64,000 nucleotides of DNA from an uncultured Alphaproteobacteria bacterium (GTDB lineage: Bacteria; Pseudomonadota; Alphaproteobacteria; Rhodobacterales; Rhodobacteraceae), in the NCBI GenBank assembly GCA_963829385.1, contig CAWHHV010000005.1:30593-94592 (forward strand). Reading direction: 5' to 3'. A program made the position numbers and the translations under genes. Every line of letters starts with the position of its first letter. Position 1 is the first letter of the stretch. The notes under the pieces were generated by a model. The model saw only the letters and a list, made by a program, of their open reading frames with translations. It had not been told where the DNA came from and did not search any database. Shown one piece after another: positions 58,592 through 64,000 of the stretch.

Positions 58592-59386
58592 TCAGTCGCC
58601 TGCCGAGCGCTGCCGCGACGCTGCGTAAAGCGCGACGGCGGCGGCGTTCGACACGTTCAGCGAGCCGAAACCGCCGGCCGCCACGATGCGCGACCTTCGG
58701 TCGCAGAGCTTCAGCGTCAACTCGCGCAGGCCCGGTCCCTCGGCGCCCAGCGCCAGCGCCAGCGGCCGGCCGGCAACGTCGCCCAGCGCCTGCTCCAGCG
58801 AGGCGTCCGCCGCCCCGTCGAGGCCGACGACCGCATATCCCATCTCCTTCAAGGCGCCGATCGCGTTGGCAAGGTTCGGAATTCTGAGATACGGCTGCCG
58901 TTCCAGCGCCCCGGAGGCGGCCTTCGCGAGCGCGCCGGTCTCGGGCGCGGAATGTCGGGCCGGAGCCACCACCGCGCGCGCTCCGAACACCTCGGCGGAT
59001 CGCAGCACGGCGCCGACATTGTGCGGGTCGGTGACCCGGTCGAGCAGCACGACCACCGGCGCCTGCGCGCCGGGCGCGCAGCGCTCCGAGACCGACCCCC
59101 AGTCGAGCGGCTCGACCTCGAGCGCCGCGCCCTGGTGCACCGATTGCGCATCGATCGGGGCGGCGAACTTGCGCGCGTCCATCACTTCCGGCTCGACGCC
59201 CGACGCCACGATGGCCTCCGCCATCCGGTCGGCCGCGTTCCGCGTGACGATCAGCCGCCGCTTGCGCCGGGCGGGATTGGCGAGCGCGTCGCGCACCGCG
59301 TGCAGGCCGAAGAGCCAGACGGTCTCGCCCCCGAGCGCCGCGCGCGCCTTTTCCCTGGCGATCGCCCAGTCCGGCTTCCTGCCCAA
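58592..59386 (-). CDS. rlmB: TrmH/SpoU-family 23S rRNA (guanosine-2'-O)-methyltransferase RlmB-like
   Basis: ..ETVWLFGLHAVRDAL..VLLDRVTDPHNVGAVLRSAEVFGA..LALGAEGPGLR..SLNVSNAAAVALY... The start is uncertain; TTG 59386 behind GGGGGA was chosen because no ATG is nearby. Confidence 0.7.
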   Translation of the reverse strand: MGRKPDWAIAREKARAALGGETVWLFGLHAVRDALANPARRKRRLIVTRNAADRMAEAIVASGVEPEVMDARKFAAPIDAQSVHQGAALEVEPLDWGSVSERCAPGAQAPVVVLLDRVTDPHNVGAVLRSAEVFGARAVVAPARHSAPETGALAKAASGALERQPYLRIPNLANAIGALKEMGYAVVGLDGAADASLEQALGDVAGRPLALALGAEGPGLRELTLKLCDRRSRIVAAGGFGSLNVSNAAAVALYAASRQRSAGD

Positions 59387-59552
59387 ACGCCCATCCCCCT
59401 GCGCACTCGCGAAGGACTTAAGCCACGCCGCCGCGCCCCGCGCAAGCCGCGATGGCGCGGCGCGGCGAGGCTCGGGAGCCGTGCTGCCGGTTGTTTGCCG
59501 TTGACGCCCTGCGCGGGCTGTCCTAATCACCGCGGCGCCGCAGGCATCCGCT

Positions 59553-59638
59553 GGAGGGGTGGCAGAGCGGTCAAATGCAACGGACTGTAAATCCGTCGGG
59601 GTAACCCTACGCTGGTTCGAATCCAGCCCCCTCCACCA
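59553..59638 (+). tRNA. tRNA-Tyr (anticodon GTA), type II with long variable arm, CCA encoded
   Basis: Acceptor GGAGGGG/CCCCTCC. Anticodon stem ACGGA/TCCGT with loop CTGTAAA. Variable arm GGGGTAACCC. T arm GCTGG-TTCGAAT-CCAGC. 3' ACCA. Confidence 0.9.
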
Positions 59639-60211
59639 ATCCGGCAGACCGGGCCGTCGGAGCGACGCGCGCGCGGCGTGCGAAGCTAGGAACGATTCGC
59701 ATGCTCGGCCATCAGCAGAGATACGGCAGCCCTGGCGCCGCCCATGGGCGATAGCGGAGGCCGATGGCGCTGTGGGACGAGCGCGGCCGAGCCGCCTTGC
59801 GCTACGTTGGTCGTAAAACGTGTCGCCGACCAGAGTACGGCGCCGTTCGCCGTGGGGCTTCGTGTAATACCGAATCATCCATAGATAGTACTGCGCGAGA
59901 TGATCGCCGATAATCCGCCCAGGCCCGGCTCGCTTCCGCGAAGTTCTCGCGCAGCGGCCCGCGACAGGGGCGCGTTGTCTTTCGGCGCATCGCCTGCTAG
60001 TTAGGCCCTGATGGTAGCGAGAGACCCGGATATTCTCCCGGCCCATCCGGCGCATCTGGCGGCGTACGGGCCTCCGGGTCCTCGCCGAAGGTCCGGATCG
60101 GCAGGCCGCTCGGCGCAAGTGCGTCTTGCTGTACGTGTTGCGGCTGTCGTCGAGCGCGATCCGGGCCGGTTGCGTCAAATCAAATCCGAAACGTCACGAT
60201 TGGAGATTCTC

Positions 60212-61208
60212 ATGCGAAAGCTGACCCTGCTCGCGTTTGCGGGCGCGACCGCCGCCCTCGCCCCGATGGCCGCACAGGCCCAGGACGACGCCGCCGGCCA
60301 GTGCGGCGACGTATCGATCGCCCAGATGGGACTGGGCCGCCGCCGAAGTGACCACGAACGTCGCGAAGTTCCTGCTCGAACAGGGCTACGGCTGCACGGT
60401 CAGCCTGGTCAACTCCGACACGATCCCGGCGATCACCTCGGTGTCCGAGAACGGCGAGCCCGACGTCGTGACCAACCTGTGGCTGAACTCGGCCGGCGAA
60501 GCCTATACCCGGCTCGAGGAAGGCGGCACGATGGAGCGACTGGCGAGCGTGCTCGATCCGGGCGGCATCGAGGGCTGGTGGATCCCGACCGCGCTGGCCG
60601 AGGAGCATCCCGAACTGACGACGATCGAGGGCGTGCTGGAGAACCCCGAACTGGTCGGCGGGCGCTTCAACAACTGCCCCGACGGCTGGGGCTGCCGCGT
60701 GGTCTCCGACAACCTCGCCCGCGCGCTCGACCTCGAGGGCCATGGCATCGAGGTCTTCAACCACGGCTCTGGCGAGACGCTCGCGACGTCGCTCGGCGCC
60801 GCGGCGACCGATGGCGAGCCGTGGTTCGGCTACTACTGGGGCCCGACCGTGCCGATGGGCAAGTACGACATGACCCGCGTCAGCCTCGGCGACTATGACG
60901 AGACGGCTTTCGCCGCGCTGCAGAACGCCGACACGCCCGAGCCGCAGGTCTCGGACTTCCCTTCCGCGCCGATCCTGACCTCGGTCACGACCGGGTTCGC
61001 CAAGGAGAATCCGGAGGTCACCGAGTTCTTCCGGAACATGCAGTTCAAGACCGACACGATGAGCGGACTGCTGGCCTGGCAGGACGAGAACACCGCCTCC
61101 GCCGAGGAGACCGCGGTGCATTTCCTGACCTCCTACCCCGATGTTTGGTCGGGCTGGATCAACGACTCCGCGCGCGAGAACCTGTCCGATCTGCTCAACC
61201 AGGGCTGA
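60212..61208 (+). pseudogene. proX: glycine betaine/proline betaine ABC transporter substrate-binding protein, one frameshift near 60328-60330
   Basis: TGGAGA SD. MRKLTLLAFAGATAALAPMAAQAQDDAAGQCGDVSIAQM is followed by a frame loss. ..WAAAEVTTNVAKFLLEQGYGC.. continues in ORF 60237..61208. There is an extra G in cagatgGGGactgg relative to the reading that restores the frame. Confidence 0.8.
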
Positions 61209-61328
61209 TCGCATCCGGATGCGCATCTCGAGGGACGGAGCCGCTCGACGGCTCCGTCCCTCGTCATTCCTGCCGACGATAACCGACGGAGCGGGCCGCT
61301 GCTGGACCCGGCATTCTGATGGCGACAT

Positions 61329-62352
61329 ATGACGGCGTCTTTCGACGCGCTCGGGCTGCGCGGCTGGTGCGACGCGGACAAGGCCGACGGGCCGATGTCG
61401 ATGGCCGACCTGCTGGCCCAGTCCGGACGCGGCCCCGAAGCGTCGTTGTGGGACCTCCCGTTCCCGTCCCTGGACGCGCTGCACGAGGCATGTCCCGCGA
61501 TCCCGCAGTCGCGCGACCTGACCGTGGGCCTCGAACGCGGCTTTCTCGACATCCGCGACGTGCTGCGCGTCGTTCTCGACCCGCTGACCCAGCCGCTCAG
61601 CTGGATGCTGCGCAACATGCTCTGGGTGATGACCGAGACGCCGTGGTGGATCATGATGCCGGCGCTGCTGCTGATCTGCTGGCTGGTGTCCCGGTCGATG
61701 AAGCTGGTCGGATTCGTCGCCCTCGTGATCGGCTCGCTCGCCTTCATCGACCACTACGACGCCGCGATGGAGACGCTCGCCATCATCTTCGTCTGCGCCT
61801 TCATCTGCGTGCTTTTCGGCGTGCCGATCGGCATCGCCATGTCGCGCAGCGACCGGATGCAGCGCACGGTGATCCCGATCCTCGACATGCTGCAGACGCT
61901 GCCGCCCTTCGTCTATCTGATCCCGCTGATCTTCCTGTTTTCCGTAACGGAGCCGAAGCTCTACGGCATCGCGATCATCCTCTACGCGATCGTGCCGGTG
62001 ATCCGGCTGACCGACCTCGGCATCCGGCTCGTGGACCGCGACGTGATCGAGGCGGCCGACGCATTCGGCATGACGGCGCGGCAGAAGCTATTCGGCGTGC
62101 AGATCCCGCTCGCGCTTGCCGAACATCATGGCCGGCGTGAACCAGACGATCATGATGAGCCTGGCGATGGTCGTGATCGCGTCGCTGGTCTCGGCGCCGG
62201 GGCTCGGCGTGCTGGTGCTGCGCGGCATCCGCAATCTCGAGCTTGGCATCGGGCTGATCGCGGGGCTCGGCATCGTCCTGCTCGCGATCATGCTGGACCG
62301 CGTCACCAAGGCGGCGCTGGCGCGGATCGACGTCAGCACGGCGCATCGGTGA
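61329..62352 (+). pseudogene. proW: glycine betaine ABC transporter permease, one frameshift at 62116/62117
   Basis: ..FGVPIGIAMSRSDRMQRTVIPILDMLQTLPPFVYLIP..FGVQIPLAL is followed by a frame loss. PNIMAGVNQTIMMSLAMVVIASL.. lies in ORF 62116..62352. Removing one T from gcgcTTgccg restores the frame. The N-terminal start (61329 vs 61394) is uncertain. Confidence 0.8.
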
Positions 62353-62363
62353 GGGAGCCGCAG

Positions 62364-63410
62364 ATGAGCGAGGCGAGAATCTCGATCCGCCATCTCTACA
62401 AGGTGTTCGGAACCGATCCGCAGACGGCGCTGGCGCAGGTGAAGGCGGGCATGAGCAAGGCCGACCTGCTGGAGACGACCGGGCATGTGCTTGGCCTGAA
62501 CGACATCAACGTCGACATGGGCGAAGGCGAGATCACGGTGATCATGGGCCTGTCCGGTTCGGGCAAGTCCACGCTGATCCGGCACCTGAACCGGCTGATC
62601 GAGCCGACCGCCGGCGAGGTCCTGCTGGACGGCGAGAACATCCTCGGCTGGAACGCGGCGAAGCTGCGCGGGCTCCGCCGCGAGAAGATGTCGATGGTGT
62701 TCCAGAAGTTCGCGCTGCTGCCGCACCGGACCGTTCTCGACAACGCCGGCATGGCGCTGGCGACGCGCGGCGTGGCGCGGGCGGACTACGAGGGCGAGGC
62801 GACCCGCTGGCTCGATCGCGTCGGCCTCGCAGGCCAGGGCGGCCAGTATCCTGCCCAGCTTTCGGGCGGCATGCAGCAGCGCGTCGGCATCGCGCGGGCG
62901 CTGGCATCGAACTCGCCGATCATGCTGATGGACGAGGCGTTCTCGGCGCTGGACCCGCTGATCCGCACCGACATGCAGGATCTGCTGCTCGAGCTTCAGG
63001 CCGAATTGCACAAGACCATCGTCTTCATCACCCACGATCTCGACGAAGCGCTGAAGCTCGCGGACCATCTGGTGATCCTGAACGACGGCGCCGTCGTGCA
63101 GCAGGGCGAGCCTCAGCACATTCTTCTCAATCCGGCAGACCCTTACATCGAGGATTTCGTCAGCGACATCAACCGCGCGCGCGTCCTGCGGGTCCGCTCG
63201 ATCATGACGAAGGGACCGGCGGAGGGCGCGTTCGCCGGCGAGATCGACGCGAACGACGATCTCGAGAGCGTCATCGCGTTGGCGGAGGGCGCGGTGGACC
63301 GGCGCTACCGCGTCGTCCGGCAGGGCAAGCCGGTCGGCACGCTCGACATGCCAGACCTGATGCGCGCGCTGGTCCCGCGCACGGCGGCCCGCCAGGCCGC
63401 GCGCCAGTAG
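62364..63410 (+). CDS. proV: glycine betaine ABC transporter ATP-binding protein with C-terminal CBS-type domain
   Basis: GAGGGAG SD. ..GLSGSGKST (Walker A)..[25 protein letters not shown]... Confidence 0.9.
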   Translation: MSEARISIRHLYKVFGTDPQTALAQVKAGMSKADLLETTGHVLGLNDINVDMGEGEITVIMGLSGSGKSTLIRHLNRLIEPTAGEVLLDGENILGWNAAKLRGLRREKMSMVFQKFALLPHRTVLDNAGMALATRGVARADYEGEATRWLDRVGLAGQGGQYPAQLSGGMQQRVGIARALASNSPIMLMDEAFSALDPLIRTDMQDLLLELQAELHKTIVFITHDLDEALKLADHLVILNDGAVVQQGEPQHILLNPADPYIEDFVSDINRARVLRVRSIMTKGPAEGAFAGEIDANDDLESVIALAEGAVDRRYRVVRQGKPVGTLDMPDLMRALVPRTAARQAARQ

Positions 63411-63593
63411 GCCGCGAGCGCAGTCTACCAGCGTTAAGAACCCGTTTATACGGAGCCGTCTTGCGTTACATTTCAATGTGTTGACCTGCCGGGCACGCGT
63501 GCCCCGCCTGCGCCTCCCTCTCGCCTGCCGCCGCTGCGCCTGATAGGAACGGCGGGGCCGGCCCTGTCGCCGGCTTCTGGCGGAGGGGCGTCG

Positions 63594-64000
63594 ATGCGTT
63601 GGTCGCGAACGATCGAGATGGTCGAATGCCATGCCGAGGGCGAGGTTGGCCGCGTCGTCACCGGCGCCGTGCTGGACCTGCCCGGGGCGACGGTGCTCGA
63701 CCGGATGAATCACATCAACAACGTCGACGACAGCCTGCGGCGCTTCCTCGTGTTCGAGCCGCGCGGCTACCCGGCGATGAGCACGAACCTGCTGTTCCCG
63801 CCCTCCTCGGCGGACGCCGACGCCGCCTTCCTGATCCTGCAAGCCGACCGTGCGCATGCGATGTCGGGATCGAACGCGATCTGCGTGACCACGGTCCTGC
63901 TCGAGACCGGGATCCTCCCGATGGTCGAGCCGGAGACCGTCGTCCGGCTGGAGACCCCTGCCGGCATCGTCCGCGCGACGGCCGAATGCCGCGACGGCCG
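63594..64000 (+). CDS. proline racemase superfamily protein (hydroxyproline epimerase/dehydratase-like), 3' end outside window
   Basis: GGAGGGG SD. MRWSRTIEMVECHAEGEVGRVVTG..FEPRGYPAMSTNLLFPP..AHAMSGSNAICVTT... The first catalytic position appears to be Ser (MSGS) rather than Cys. This ORF is not in the ORF track because it has no stop in the window. Confidence 0.75.
   Translation, partial: MRWSRTIEMVECHAEGEVGRVVTGAVLDLPGATVLDRMNHINNVDDSLRRFLVFEPRGYPAMSTNLLFPPSSADADAAFLILQADRAHAMSGSNAICVTTVLLETGILPMVEPETVVRLETPAGIVRATAECRDG

Noticed and set aside
1-64000. CRISPR arrays, IS/transposase genes, integrases, prophage or conjugation modules, rRNA genes.
   Set aside because: None were seen on either strand. 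The only RNA gene I can support is tRNA-Tyr.

Overview
High-GC (roughly two-thirds G+C) alphaproteobacterial chromosomal segment, Rhodobacterales/Paracoccus-like by gene content and nar-locus layout. All calls come from reading translated motifs by eye; no database search was run. I call about 60 genes, mostly housekeeping: soxAG, dusA, ispDF-pgpA-cinA, hpt, bioY, purB, rbsK, rnd, leuA, tRNA-Tyr, proXWV. I found no CRISPR array, IS element, integrase or prophage module.

Main observations:
1. A complete respiratory nitrate reductase locus (narR / narK1K2-narGHJI-ppiC-like, 4.6-16.0 kb) is recognisable at high protein quality. It is broken by at least about 30 single-base frame changes, while flanking genes are intact.
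2. Five further isolated frameshifts hit an ACP, cryB, proX, proW and possibly the soxG stop. Several of the resolved indels share a CGCTG-type sequence context.
3. An orphan MotA/ExbB-like plus MotB/OmpA-like stator pair carries unusually long coiled-coil extensions and has no flagellar, Tol, Ton or Zorya partner genes.
4. A transglutaminase / circularly-permuted ATP-grasp / alpha-E module (7 kb) has been predicted computationally as a peptide-modification system. To my knowledge it is not experimentally characterised.
5. An lpxD-paralog/ACP/KAS-II (nodFE-like) lipid cluster is present.
6. An orphan intrinsic terminator with a sigma70-like promoter suggests a small RNA.
7. A candidate Leu-rich leader peptide ends inside a 10-bp hairpin upstream of leuA.

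Whether the frameshifts are biological or assembly errors cannot be decided from the sequence alone.
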